A stretch of 64,000 nt of DNA, taken from the NCBI GenBank assembly GCA_034780895.1, contig JAUZTB010000069.1, positions 13,293,818 to 13,357,817 of the forward strand, given 5' to 3'. Both the position numbers and the translations under genes were made by a program. This document shows positions 26,050 through 37,690 of this stretch, in pieces. Position 1 is the first letter of the stretch; the number at the start of each line of letters is the position of its first letter. The notes beneath the pieces are model-generated. The model made no database searches, was not told where the DNA came from, and worked only from the letters and a program-made list of their open reading frames with translations. This stretch comes from Rhynchobatus australiae (Eukaryota).

Positions 26050-26395
26050 CAAACTGCAAATGCTGTCTTTAGATGGCTCTAACTTCCAGTTTTGGAAGGA
26101 CACTTCCAAAATGCCTGTTAACAGTGAGCTGCTTTGGTGGTGGGGTCTTATTCATTTTGTGATGTCTGCTGGTCAAGCTGTAAAAGGTCTTCATTTGTAA
26201 CTCTATTGGCATGAGGTTCCACCAACTCTTCCACATCATCCTGATTGACTTCATCAAACCCAGCCTTATCTTCCAAATTAATGTCTTTTCAGATAATTTT
26301 TTATAGGTTTGTCAACTTAAAGTAGTCATGCCAGGATTTCTCCATACACCATGATTTCCACTTTAGTTACAACTCCCTAGCTTTTAAACCATACA
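26050..26395 (-). mobile_element. Tigger/pogo-type transposase C-terminal remnant
   Basis: Minus-strand frame AGFDEVNQDDVEELVEPHANRVTNEDLLQLDQ matches the Tigger GF..V...DVEEL...H...LTNEDL motif. Confidence 0.7.
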
Positions 26396-26742
26396 TGTGC
26401 ATCCAATGCCCATATATCTGTTACAGTTACTACTCCATTTATGTTGTATAGTTGAATCCAGTGCCTATTTCAGCATTAGTGTTTTACAATATCTTTGCAA
26501 TGCCTCCTTTCCTAATGTGTTTCAGTTTCTGCACTTCTTGCTATATATTTATATTTAATATCAACTCTCCCCCACCAGCACCAACTGCAAATTCTTGCAC
26601 ATTCACAGTATCCTTGCATTCCACGCCTGTACCTGTTCAGGGCTGCGGTTATTACACTGCCCTTCACACCACGGGTTTTTGCACCGTATTCGGGCCCCGC
26701 TCCACCGCCACCACCGTCCGTACGCCGCCCTCCGCCACTGAC

Positions 26743-26870
26743 CTGCTCACCCTGCCCTCCAGGTCCTTGACCTGGACGATGTACAGCTCCCTCTCCATGG
26801 CGGTCAGCGGCTCCGCTTTCCCCTCGCCCACGGACGGGGTGATGGGCCTCTCCTTCTTCTTGGGCGGCAT
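26743..26870 (-). CDS. CFAP157: CFAP157 coding exon 1 (MPPKKKERPITPSVGEGKAEPLTAMERELYIVQVKDLEGRVS-R)
   Basis: ATG inside a CpG island; MPPKKK N-terminus and ELY..Q..DLE.R motif typical of CFAP157; donor AG|GTCAGT; 128 nt, phase 2. Confidence 0.9.
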
Positions 26871-26907
26871 GTTTGCGTTGCTGCCGCCTCCAGCAGGATG
26901 GGTGGCC

Positions 26908-26949
26908 GTTGCCCCAGCCCGTTGCTAACACCTGGCGGGCCCTAGCAAC
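26908..26949. promoter_or_regulatory. Cluster of RFX (X-box) half-sites: GTTGCCC, GTTGCTA, TAGCAAC
   Basis: Three GTTGCY/RGCAAC half-sites 40-80 nt upstream of the ATG of a motile-cilia gene. Confidence 0.55.
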
Positions 26950-28030
26950 CGGACTATTTCTGACGCGTGCGCACATCACACGGGGCAGAACCTCGCGAGG
27001 TTTCATCGCCGGTCCCGCGCCCCGGGACACTTGCAGCTGACGAGAAAAGTTTCGCCGCTCCCACCCGCGGTCGTGGTTGCAGTTTTGATGCGTCTGTCAG
27101 AACTGTCAACGTGGAGGAAATGTTATAGCGCGGTTTGCATTTGAGGGCGAACTCTTCACATCCTCAGTAGAAGAACATTGCTGGGAGAACATAACCTCAC
27201 TTGCTTAGTAAGAATGTCACCTTGTGTTGCTATTACAGATATAATAGGAAATGCTTAACTGTAAAAGNNNNNNNNNNATTTCTCATTGCTTTTATCCAGC
27301 AGCCACATGGAACGAAGCACAGATTGGAGTGGGATTAAAGGCAGGCTGTGTTCCTGCTATGGTGTTCTTGGCTCCAGGATACTGGCTGAGGTGCAAGGAG
27401 CTGTGTGTTCCTTCGCATCCAACTGACTCTTGGCAATTATGCCGTCGGGTGATTTATAAACTGTAAGAGAAGTTCCTCGTGTCTGCTGGCGGCGTTGGTT
27501 ATTACAACTGGCGGTACTGGGGTGAGGACGGCAGTGGCAAGACCCGCATTTATTGTCCATCCCAGCTGGTCTGATCAAACTGCCGCAGTTTCTCTGATTA
27601 AAGTATTTCCACAATGTTATCCAAGTGACTGTTCCTCCTGTCTCAGTGTGAAAAGTGAATGTGATCAGGCTATTTCACTGTAGTGGGTTCTACACCCGTA
27701 CATCTTCCTACTTGTGGTTTCTGATTCACCTCAAGCAATCTCACTTCTGCATCAGACCATTTTTTAAAAAAAAACCTTTCCTGCAACCTGCCACAAACAC
27801 GCCACCCACCCGTTGCCATATGGTGCACGGGATTTTCAAACTTCCAAATGCTTGGCCATTTGCCTCCCATTTTCCACAATACTTGTTGATCTGTTCAGTT
27901 TGTCCCTCGACTTCACCCTTGATGCTTCAGCCCGCCCCCCATAAAAAAAACTTGCCTTTCTTCCCTTAGACACATGACTTAGCCTCGAGGTTTGCTTGAG
28001 GCCCCACTGAGGCATTATTGGCTCATACTT

Positions 28031-28344
28031 TGCATGTTGTTTTCTGCGCATGAAATCCTGTGCTCCAGCTTCACTAAGTTAACATTTTAACTTTAAGTAA
28101 GACTAGTGGTGCTCCCAGCATGCCTATCTGAGCTCCTCAATGAACCATGGTTCATTCATGAAATCTTTTTGAGTCTGTCTTAGAAACATTCCTCAGGCAC
28201 ATAGGTTTTTGCATTAATTAACTTTGAGGTTAAAATGCATCTTTGTCCAGGAAAGGAGCTGGTGAAAAAAAAACAAACATCTAATTTACAATGACTTTTT
28301 AAAAAAAAACTCAGACCAGCTGAACTGTGTAAAGAGTGGTGAAG
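28031..28344 (+). repeat. Local direct duplication, copy 1
   Basis: Aligns by eye with 30305-30627, with scattered mismatches. Confidence 0.9.
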
Positions 28345-29781
28345 ATTTTATTAAACAATCGATTGCTTGACAGTCATCTCTGGTTTACACAGGAAAGAAG
28401 CTTACTTTCAAACGAAACCTTTCACAATCTTATGACCCTCCCCAAATGCTTTACTGCTAGAAGTACTTTTGAAGTTTAATCTATTGTAATGTAATTTCTT
28501 AAAACTTTTGGAGTTGCTATGCTGCACAAATCCTGTAATTCTGAGAGAGATTGACAGTAGATGCCAAGAAGCTAGGGGTGGGGTTGCACCGGGAGGGTGG
28601 GGAAGAATTCTCTAACTAGAGAATCTAGTAATAGGGGACATAGTCTCAGGATAAGGGATCAGCCATTTAGGACTGATTAGGTGAAATCTCTTCATGCATA
28701 GAGTTGTAAATGTTTTTAACAATTTCGAGTGCCTTCAGTTAGTTTAGTGATTTAAAACCTGGTGATTTAGTTTATTAAAGAATCAGATTGATAGATTTTT
28801 GGAGACTAAGGAAATTGGGAGATGTGGTTATTGGGTGGGAAAGTGGACTTAAGGCACAGGATCTTGTAGCATGGCAGAGCAAGGCACAAGAGGCTGTATA
28901 TTTACTTCAGCTACTATTTCTTACATTCAACCTCACTGACTTGCAGTGGATCCCTCTAATTCACCCAAAAATCTTTGTCTACCAGTCCCCCCATGATTTT
29001 GCCCCATCCATCCTCCAATCTGTTCTTGTCCTCTGAATACTGTTTCACAGCCTCTTGCCCCTGTGCCTTTATATCTTCCAGAACTGGAGCTACAACTTCA
29101 TTCTGTTAAGTGCAGCTCCATCTTTGACTGTCTTTTTAAAAACTCAAAACCTCCCTCTTCAACCAAACTTTTGGTCTCCTCTCACTATCATTTTTTATTA
29201 TACATTTGAAGTTATGAAATCATTATCCACAATCAAAGTGCTTTGTAAATTGTGCACTGTCTGGATCAGAATTATTGCAAGTTACTGTTTTACGTACAAG
29301 CAACAGAGCTCAGTTTAACATCTGCGGAATGGCACCTCTGACATCATTGTACACCCTTAGAAATGCACTTAAACATCAGATAGAATTTAATGAAATCTCC
29401 AGAGTGGAACTTGAACCCAAAACTTCCATTGCTTTGCTGATGACTGTGTATAGGCTGATTGGGCAATAATTAGCCAGATTGGATTTATCCTCTTTTCAGT
29501 GAACAGGTCATACCTGGGTAATTTTTCACATTGTCTGGTAGTTGGCAGTATTGCAACTATACTACAGCTTGGCCGCAAGATCAGCTAGTTTTGGAGCACA
29601 GGTCTTCGTTATTGCAGATGGGATGATGCCTGGTCCTATAGCCTCTGCTGCCTCCAGTACACTGAGCTATTTCTTGATATTACATGAATTGGATTGGCTG
29701 AAGACTGGTTTCTGTGATGGCAGAGATCTCAGGAGGGAGCTGAGATGGATCATCTACTCGGCACTTCAGCTGAACATTAGA

Positions 29782-30122
29782 GGTTGGCACAGTGGCAAGG
29801 CCAGTAGAGCTGCTGCCTCACAGCACCAGAAATCCAGGTTAATTCTGACCTCAGGTGCTATCTGTGTGGAGTTTTCACACACTCCCTTTGACCAAATGGG
29901 TTTCCTCTGGGTGCTCCAGTTTCCTCGCACATCACAACATGCAGGTTGGTAGGTTAATTGGCCAATGTAAATTGCCTCTGGTGTGCAGAATCTGGGGGGA
30001 GTTGAAGAGAATGCGGGGAGAATAAAAATGGGATTAATATAGGATTAGTGTAAATAGGTGGTTGAGGGTTGGCGCAGACCTGGTGGGCTGAAGGGCCTGT
30101 TTCTCTGCTGTATATGACTTGA
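29782..30122 (+). mobile_element. HE1-type V-SINE (tRNA head, V domain, CR1-derived tail)
   Basis: ggcacagtggc..gctgctgcctcacagc head; tgtgtggagttt..gggtttcctctgggtgctccagtttcctc V domain; tail gggctgaagggcctgtttctctgctgta. Inserted in an antisense LINE remnant spanning about 29480-30400. Confidence 0.85.
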
Positions 30123-30304
30123 CATTTGAACATGGTTCACCCTTACCTTTAACACTCACATTCTGGCACAATGGTCATTAAAGATACAGTGGTTTTTGGA
30201 ACCTATGCCTCCCATTAGCTATTTAATTGTCCATTGCCGTTTATGACTAGATGTGGCAGAATCACAGTTTGATCTAATCTGTTGGTCAAGAGATTGCTTA
30301 GCTC

Positions 30305-30627
30305 TGCAAGCTGTTTTGTGCACAGTAAATCCTGTGCTCAAGCTTCACTAGGTTAACATTTTAACTTTAAGTGAGACTGATGGTGCTCCCAGCATGCCNN
30401 NNNNNNNNNNNNNNNNNNCATGGTTCATTCATGAAATCTTTTTGAGTCTGTCTTAGAAACATTCCTCAGGCACATAGGTTTTTGCATTAATTAACATTGA
30501 GATTAAAATGCATCTTTGTCCAGGAAAGGAGCTGGTAAAGAAAAAGAAGGAAAAAAACAAACATTTAATTTGCAATGACTTTTTAAAAAAAACTCAGACC
30601 AGCTGAACAGTGTAAAGAGTGGTGAAG
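30305..30627 (+). repeat. Local direct duplication, copy 2
   Basis: Same sequence as 28031-28344, including catggttcattcatgaaatctttttgagtctgtcttagaaacattcctcaggcacatagg. Confidence 0.9.
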
Positions 30628-30844
30628 AAAACATTAATCTGTGGCACAACAGTGATACATCCAAAGGAAATGCTCCCCATGCAAGTCAGACATTTCTACA
30701 GATTTACAATGAAATGTAGTATACAAAGAGATCTGCAAAACAGTGTTACTGATTGACCAGAAGGGTAGGTTTTCTGCTTCCCTGCTCCCAGTTTAGAACC
30801 TTTGTCCTCCACAGAGTGTTGGTTATAAAACAAAAACGTACAAC

Positions 30845-32729
30845 ATGTGAACTTCTGTCCATTTATTGATAGAAAAAGAGTGACCAAGATTGCAGCAGGG
30901 AGTGTGAGAGCAGAGAAACCTTTGCCCAGTTATGATTCCAGCTCTAAAAGGCACATTTGAATCCAACACTTGAGTCACAAGGTGGACACAGGAGGAAGGC
31001 CACTTTCTGGCCTTTGCAGCTTCCTCTGCTGGAAAGGCTCGACATGCTTCTGCCATGGCCCATTGTACCAGGTAACTGTTCCTGGGTGATGTTCTCCAGA
31101 GTCCATTCTGTGAGCTTTGCTGCTCCGTGAAGGTGGCCTTGCTGACATCAGTCCTGAGTTTCTCTTTCTGTTTGAACCTGCACTTCTGCATCCCCAATAA
31201 GGGTTTAACCTGAACTGGTGATTCAGACTCACCCTTTCTGTACTCAATTCTAATTATGAGTCTACTTTAAGACTAAAGAGCTGAAGTTTATTCAGTCTTA
31301 GAACCTGACCCCTGAACCTCCAGGTATTTTTCAATGAGAGGAAAAACAACACTTAATTTCACCAAGAAACAGANNNNNNNNNNTTCAACCAATTACACAA
31401 AAGGACATAGCTGGGAGTCAATTTTGCAAACTTTGTTGGAAAGATCACATTTTTATTTTTACATTGGCTAGAAGCATTTTAAGAAAACATTTTGAATTGT
31501 TCATCTTCCCCACCAAAGATAGTGAATAGAGAGAGGGTTGCTTTTCTAAAGTTAGTTTAGGTTTGAACTTGTCATTCCCATTGCTTCATATTATTGTTTA
31601 GTCTTCAATATCTAAACTATGGGCCACTAGAGGTATTAAAGTCTGAAATAGTCTTAAATCAGTTGGTTGTTCCCTATGAGCTGGTTTTGCAGTCTTGCCT
31701 GTGATACCCCACTAGCTGTGGTGTTGTTTAATCACAGAGGAACTGATCTCTCCCAGTATCTGCACACAGGCCTCTATCTCGACTCCATGCTGGACCAGGT
31801 GTGCCTCTGCTGCCATCACCATGTCAGCTAAGATCAAATAATTCAGAAACCTCCAACTGCATTGGATTACTTCCTCAGCAGGAGATGGTCATTTAGAGAA
31901 GATGGTGGAGGGCATATTTATTTAGGGATGTGGTCTCCAACATCTTGCAGTGTCTTTTGCCCTTCTCTTACTACCCAGGAGTTTCAAACAGTTGCTCACT
32001 CAAATTCACAGAATAATTGAATGATACAACACACAGAGGCTGTTTGCTCCATTCTGCCTATACTTGACATTTAACTCATATTGTCCCTCGTATGATCTCA
32101 ACCAGGGCACCAATCCTCTCTATGCATAAATGACCTGCTGCCTCTTAACACTGGAAGCACACAGGACCAGCAGGAAGTTCTGACACTGTCTGCTTCAAGC
32201 ACAGGCATTCTTTTTAACATTGTTGACTACATAGTGGGAGCGAGTCATGTTTAGGGCAGGTTGTAAATTGGCTTTTGCGGTTCAAAGGTCCTGAAGGATC
32301 TATCTACATGCACAATATTTTGTTTTCCTTGTTGACGAGCTGGATCTTTTTATTCAATGTTNNNNNNNNNNNNNNNNNNNNNNNNNNNNNNNNNNNNNNN
32401 NNNNNNNNNNNNNNNNNNNNNNNNNNNNNNNNNNNNNNNNNNNNNNNNNNNNNNNNNNNNNCGAGCTGGATCTTTTTATTCAATGTTTTGCCTTTCAGGG
32501 CTGTGCCTTTTAGGTAATGAGTGCCACCTTCATACTACACACAGTTAAAGTACTGAGATGGGACTGAATAATTTTGCTTCTCATTCAAGCATCTCTGTCT
32601 AGTTGTGCGGCCCGCATCTGGCAGATGAGCTTTGATAGAAGTTCACAATGTTTACAGCTGGCCGATCTTCATTCATCTTAGGGCAGTTCTGTCGGTCTGA
32701 AACACCAACTTCCTGAGAAGGTTCACTTT
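30845..32729 (-). other. Candidate non-coding terminal (3'UTR) exon of CERCAM
   Basis: Strong acceptor ctcttatttttctatcttagttttcag| at 32729; AATAAA at 30862-30867 followed by a GU/U-rich element; TE-poor stretch. Pairing with the donor at 39705 is inferred. Confidence 0.4.
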
Positions 32730-33189
32730 CTGAAAACTAAGATAGAAAAATAAGAGTTTACTTTAATTAAAAGGGGGAAATTCATTCCCTTCTTTAAAAG
32801 ATTTATTTTCTCTCTGCTTTTGCCTGGAATAGAACCCCAGAGATCTGGGCTGACTTTCGGAATAGAATTTAACTTATGGAACACCGGACCTGAAACAAGC
32901 CCTCCACAGTATTCTGTCAAGGATATCATAGCAGATCCATATCTCCACCTCAGTTCTGTGTCACTTCATATCCCTTCAGCAAAAGTTAGATATAAAATTG
33001 TTAATTAAGCTCACCACCTACTTTTTGTGAGGGTGTATATATGCAGTGTAGAAGAGATGGCAGGCTGTACTCTTGATGAGAAGGTGGTGCAGAAGGGATT
33101 AGGGGAGGAAAGAGGACCATAATCATGCTCAAAGTCTTCCTCTTCTGTTGTTTAGTGCCAGTGGGGAATTGTCAGAGGAGTTGGACACT

Positions 33190-33615
33190 GGCTCCATGGT
33201 ACCATTCTCATACCCAGTTAGAAGGTAGTGAGTTCAATTTTCATTTTAGAATGAATATTCTAGACTGGAGGTGTCATCTTTCAGATGAACTTTTAAGCCA
33301 ACAACCAACCTACCTACCTACTCAGCACATAAAAAGATCACAATGCAATTTTGAAGACAAATGGAATTCTGACTAGAGATACAAGAGACTGCAGATTCTG
33401 GGATCTTGAGCAACAACTTAAACTGCTGGAGGAACTCAGCAGGTCAGGCATCTGTGGAGGGAAATGGACAGTTGGTGTTCTAGGTCAAGACACTTCAAAT
33501 GGACTGAGAATCCTGACAAATATTTATTCCTCAGCTGGCATCACCAAAAACAGATGACCTGGTCATTATCATATTGCCATTTGTGGTGGCTGTTTCTCCC
33601 ACATTATAAATATCA
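33190..33615 (+). mobile_element. Deu-domain SINE (SacSINE/AmnSINE-related), interrupted by a Penelope-end arm
   Basis: tgtcatctttcagatga...aaagatc...aatatttattcctca...aaaacagatgacctggtcattatcatattgc, typical of the Deu domain. Confidence 0.65.
33368..33510. repeat. Single arm of the Penelope-end element inserted in a Deu-SINE
   Basis: gatacaagagactgcag...ctgctggaggaactcagcaggtcagg, the same arm as at 20807 and 52337. Confidence 0.7.
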
Positions 33616-33669
33616 AAGATTTTGCTAGAAGATAATCAACCTGAAATGTTAATGCTCCTTCCCTCTCTA

Positions 33670-34672
33670 CAGGTGCGCCTCAAGGCTGCATGCTTAGCCC
33701 CCTGCTCTACTCTCTATACACACGAGTGTGTGACTAGCACAGCTCCAATGCCATCTTCGAATTCACTGACAACGCTACTGCTGTTGGACAAATCACAAGT
33801 GGCGACGTGTCAGTTTACTGGAGTGAGATAGGACACCTGGCTGAGTGGTGCAGCAACAACAACCTCTCGCACAATATCAGCAAAACGAAAGAGCTGATTG
33901 TTGACTTCAGGAAGGGGAAGGAGGTTGAACATGCGCCGGTCTATATTGGGGGATCGGCAGTAGAGAGAGAGACAGCAACTTTAAGCTCCTGGGTGTTAAC
34001 GTATAGGATGACCTCTCCTGGGCCCAGCACATAGATGCAATCATAAGGAAAGCACGCCAGCATCTTTACTTCCTTAGGTTAAGGAGGTTCAGCTCGTCGC
34101 TGAACACTCTAACAAACTTCTACAGATGCACTGTTGAAAGTATCCTGAATGGTTGCATCATGGTCTGGTATGGCAATTCGAATGCGCAGAAATGCAAGAA
34201 GCTGCAGAGAGTAATGGATTCTGCCCAATACATCACGGGCACATCCCTCCCCACCATTGGTAGCATCTACAGTAGGTGCTGCCTCAAGAAGGCAACATCT
34301 ATCATCAAAGGTCCCCACCATCCGGGTCATGTCATCTTTTTGCAGCTACCATCGGGCAGGAGGTACAGGAGCCTGAAGTCTCACACCATCAGGTTCAAGA
34401 ACAGCTACTTCCCTTCATCCATTTGGTTCTTGAACCAACCAGCAGAAGGATAATCACTACAGTTTAGCAAAACTATGACCACTTTGACAACTTTGCACTA
34501 CAATGGATTTTTTTGTTCTAATTGTTCTTTCTTGTTAAAATTGTGTATAGTTTATTTTTCTTGTCAATGATGCCATGTGCCTGTGATGCTGCTGCAAGTA
34601 AGTTTCTAATTGCACCTGTGCATACGTGTACTTGTGTGTATGACAGTGAACTCAACTTTGACTTTGACTTTA
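33670..34672 (+). mobile_element. 5'-truncated Rex1/Babar-type LINE, relatively young
   Basis: GAPQGC.LSPLLYSLYTH.C, WC..NNL..N.SKTKELIVDFRK, FYRCTVESIL.GCI.VWYG, LPSGRRYRS and RFKNSYFP motifs with frameshifts; (TTTGAC)n tail. Confidence 0.9.
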
Positions 34673-35844
34673 GACTGCTCCTTAAATGGCTACAGTTTAA
34701 AGCTGCCCATCTTGGGCAAGCACTTCATGTGGGCACAAAGAGAATGGGAAAAGTTTTCTAGTAGCAAAACTGCAGCCACATATAAGATTTTACCATATAG
34801 CACCAAGACAAATACATAAGTTTTATTGTCTTGTACATAAGGTTATGAACCAGGAAGGGCATAGGGATGTCAAAATGTAGACCACACTATTATGATTTTC
34901 ATTTTCTACACTATTAGATATTTTTGTTGTTAAAAAATAATTCTCAATTCGCTAACTCTGCTGAAATGCATGTGTATTTGGAGCAAATCCTCCATTGTGC
35001 ATAGATAAGTGACTATGGTGTGGCAGCTGCTGGAATTGCTGCAGACTCTTTTATGCCTTTCCAAGAAAAATTGCTAATGGAATGCTGCCGTGATGTCACC
35101 ACTGAGGCAGCCATCGAATGAGTGGCAGCTAAATGCTGGAGAAAGTGCCCATTTCTCCTAGCACATGCTGTGAATGATGGAAGGAATTTGAGCAAACCGC
35201 AATGAATCCTGTAGCCACCCAGTCATGTCTCCCAATGCTAGTTGAGTGTCCCTTTAAACAGCACAGGTAAACAGCAAAGTAGTCTTCAAGACAAAAGGGG
35301 AAGGTTATAAATGAAAAAGTTTGTATTTGAATATGGAACATCTCCCAGCTGATCAAGAGCCAGAACGAGATAGTGAGAGAAGAAACAGAGTGCAACAGGT
35401 ATTACCTCTCTAAGGACCTATTTCAACTTCTTCAAGCCTCACTTTGCCAAAGTGGTAGAAACAAACTATAAGTGGCATTGCAATTTTGTACGACTAGCTG
35501 GGGGAAATTGCCATCAGGGATTACTTGTAACCTAGGAGGAAGCATCAGAATTGAATGCATGAGCATTTATTTTGCTCAAATAAAAGCTTTATTGATGCCA
35601 TTCAAGATTGCTGCAAATAGAAGTGGAGCTGAGAATGATCACTGAATATATAACTGAAGAAAAATTCACTCANNNNNNNNNNNNNNNNNNNNNNNNNNNN
35701 NNNNNNNNNNNNNNNNNNNNNNNNNNNNNNNNNNNNNNNNNNNNNNNNNNNNNNNNNNNNNNNNNNNNNNNNGCCCAGAGACTGAATAGCTCTGCTGCTA
35801 CACTAGCCAAGAGTAACCAACAGATCTAAGTGGAATGTTTCTCT

Positions 35845-36345
35845 TTGTGGAGGCAAATAGTATTAGGTGACATTTCGGGCCTAGACCCTGCATCAACACT
35901 GAAGGGGAAGAGGAAAGACTGCCAGTACATAGTGGTACAACCTTGGGTGGTGGATGGGTGGGGTAGAGGCTGGCAGATGACAGGTGGAACCAGATGGGGA
36001 GGGGATGATGGGTGGATGGGACAGAGGCTGATAGGTGATGGGTATTCTCCCAAACGTACCTGTCCCACTTTGTTTTCTTTGTTCACATTTCCTAGCCCCT
36101 CTCCTCACCTGGCTCCATCTTCCCATCGTCCCCTCCCCATCCAATTCCATCTATCACCTACCAGCCTGCCATACTATTGTATACTGGTAATCTTTCCTCT
36201 TCCTTCTCAGTATCGATGCAGGGTCTCAACCTGAATGCCGACTTACACCGTTTGCCTCCGCAGATGACTGTTGACCCGCTGAGTTCTTAAAATGTTGTAT
36301 TTTTTTCTTCCATATTTCCAGCATCTACAGTCTCTTTTGTCTTTC
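35845..36345. repeat. Longer fold-back element of Penelope ends with hammerhead-like cores on both strands
   Basis: Left arm reverse complement (ctttcctcttcc..cagtgttgatgcagggtctaggcccgaaatgtc..tttgcctcc) matches right arm (ctttcctcttcc..cagtatcgatgcagggtctcaacctgaatgccgac..tttgcctcc). Confidence 0.75.
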
Positions 36346-36494
36346 TGTTCCAATTGTGGTGCAGTTACCCACTGAGCCATTAGGNNNNNNNNNNGGGGAG
36401 TAATTGCAACTAATCAAGAGAGCTGAAGCCAAATATTTCATGCAGAATTGTAAGTGTTTATGCTCAAAGATTTAACTTTCAGATTAAAAGGAAA

Positions 36495-36830
36495 GAAGAC
36501 TGCATTTAGATAACCTTTTGCAGGATGCTGTACAGGCTACTGAAGAGTAATCATTGTTGTTATGTGGGAGATGTGACATCAATTTACAGACAGCAAAATC
36601 CCACAAACATCAGTAGAACAATGGTCAAAGAGATATTGGTTGTGGAGTAAATATTGGCACCAAGGAGAACAGCACAGTGCTTCTTCAGCTGATAGTATGG
36701 GATCTTTAGCACCTACTTGAGAAAGCAGGTGAAGCCTTGGTTTAAAACCTCATCTAAATGCCAGCTCACAATCCCTCCATCCTGCACGCCAGTGTTCCGG
36801 TCTTTGGAGTAGCGATTTCTAACTTGGGCG
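36495..36830 (-). mobile_element. Deu-domain SINE, antisense
   Basis: cagcaaaatcccacaaaca...taaatattggc...tgggatctttagcacc...ttggtttaaaacctcatc. Confidence 0.6.
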
Positions 36831-37224
36831 TGTGGCCTGTTCAGTGACCCCATGCATTTTTGCAAAAGTGGCTCTACTCAGGCGACAGTTATTCTTGTGC
36901 TTTGGATTTCTTAGCTGTGTATCCATAGTCCGAGAGACATCTGCAACATATGTTCATGGTGTAATAGGAAGATCTAGGCTCCACGCCAGGTTGCCTGGCA
37001 TGCATGGTAGTTCCACTGATTATAGCTAGAGCATCCTCATTACCCACTCAAAATAATACAGCTCAGTAACTCACTTTCTGAGAATAGATTCATTTCTTTA
37101 TATTTACAGGAACACTAAATTTGGCTTTTTAAATATGGGTGAATGGTCATTCCAGTCCTTCAAAACATCTGAGCTCATATGCAACAAGACACAGAGATTG
37201 CTGGGTTGCAACACTGGGTGCAGG

Positions 37225-37690
37225 GTGGCTTACTGGTTAGCAGTCTCGCCAAGTCATGAGGTTGTGGGTTCAAACCCCACATTACACACTCAAACGTAAG
37301 TCTAGGCCGAAACCCCGGTAACATTGAGGGACTACAGCACTCTGGGAAGNNNNNNNNNNNNNNNNNNNNNNNNNNNNNNNNNNNNNNNNNNNNNNNNNNN
37401 NNNNNNNNNNNNNNNNNNNNNNNNNNNNNNNNNNNNNNNNNNNNNNNNNCACTCTGGGAAGTGCCATATTCCAATAGGAAGTGAAAATAAGGCCCTGTTT
37501 GGTCTCTCAGATACATGTATTGGATCCCATATTATCTGAGTGCTTTGGTAAACATGTATCCTTTAAGCAACATAACCCAAAATGTATTATCTGGTCACTG
37601 TCCTATTGCTGTTTTGGGCGGGGGGGGGGGAGGGGTGGGGATGTTGGTGATTAGCTAGCAGGTTTACTGTATTACAGCAGTGACCACTGG
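37225..37690 (+). mobile_element. Deu-domain SINE
   Basis: tRNA-like head ggttagcagtctcgcc..ggttcaaacccc; ttatctggtcactgtcctattgctgttt. Confidence 0.65.

Larger units (their letters stand above)
26640..27135. promoter_or_regulatory. CpG island / CFAP157 promoter and first exon
   Basis: Only CpG-dense, GC-rich segment in a CpG-depleted window; it spans the CFAP157 ATG. Confidence 0.85.

Noticed and set aside
26452-27030. 158-aa and 172-aa ORFs over the CpG island
   Set aside because: Stop-poor GC-rich sequence overlapping CFAP157 exon 1 in other frames; no recognisable domains.
30823-31247. 124-aa and 90-aa minus-strand ORFs
   Set aside because: No recognisable homology; the region is better explained as 3'UTR sequence.
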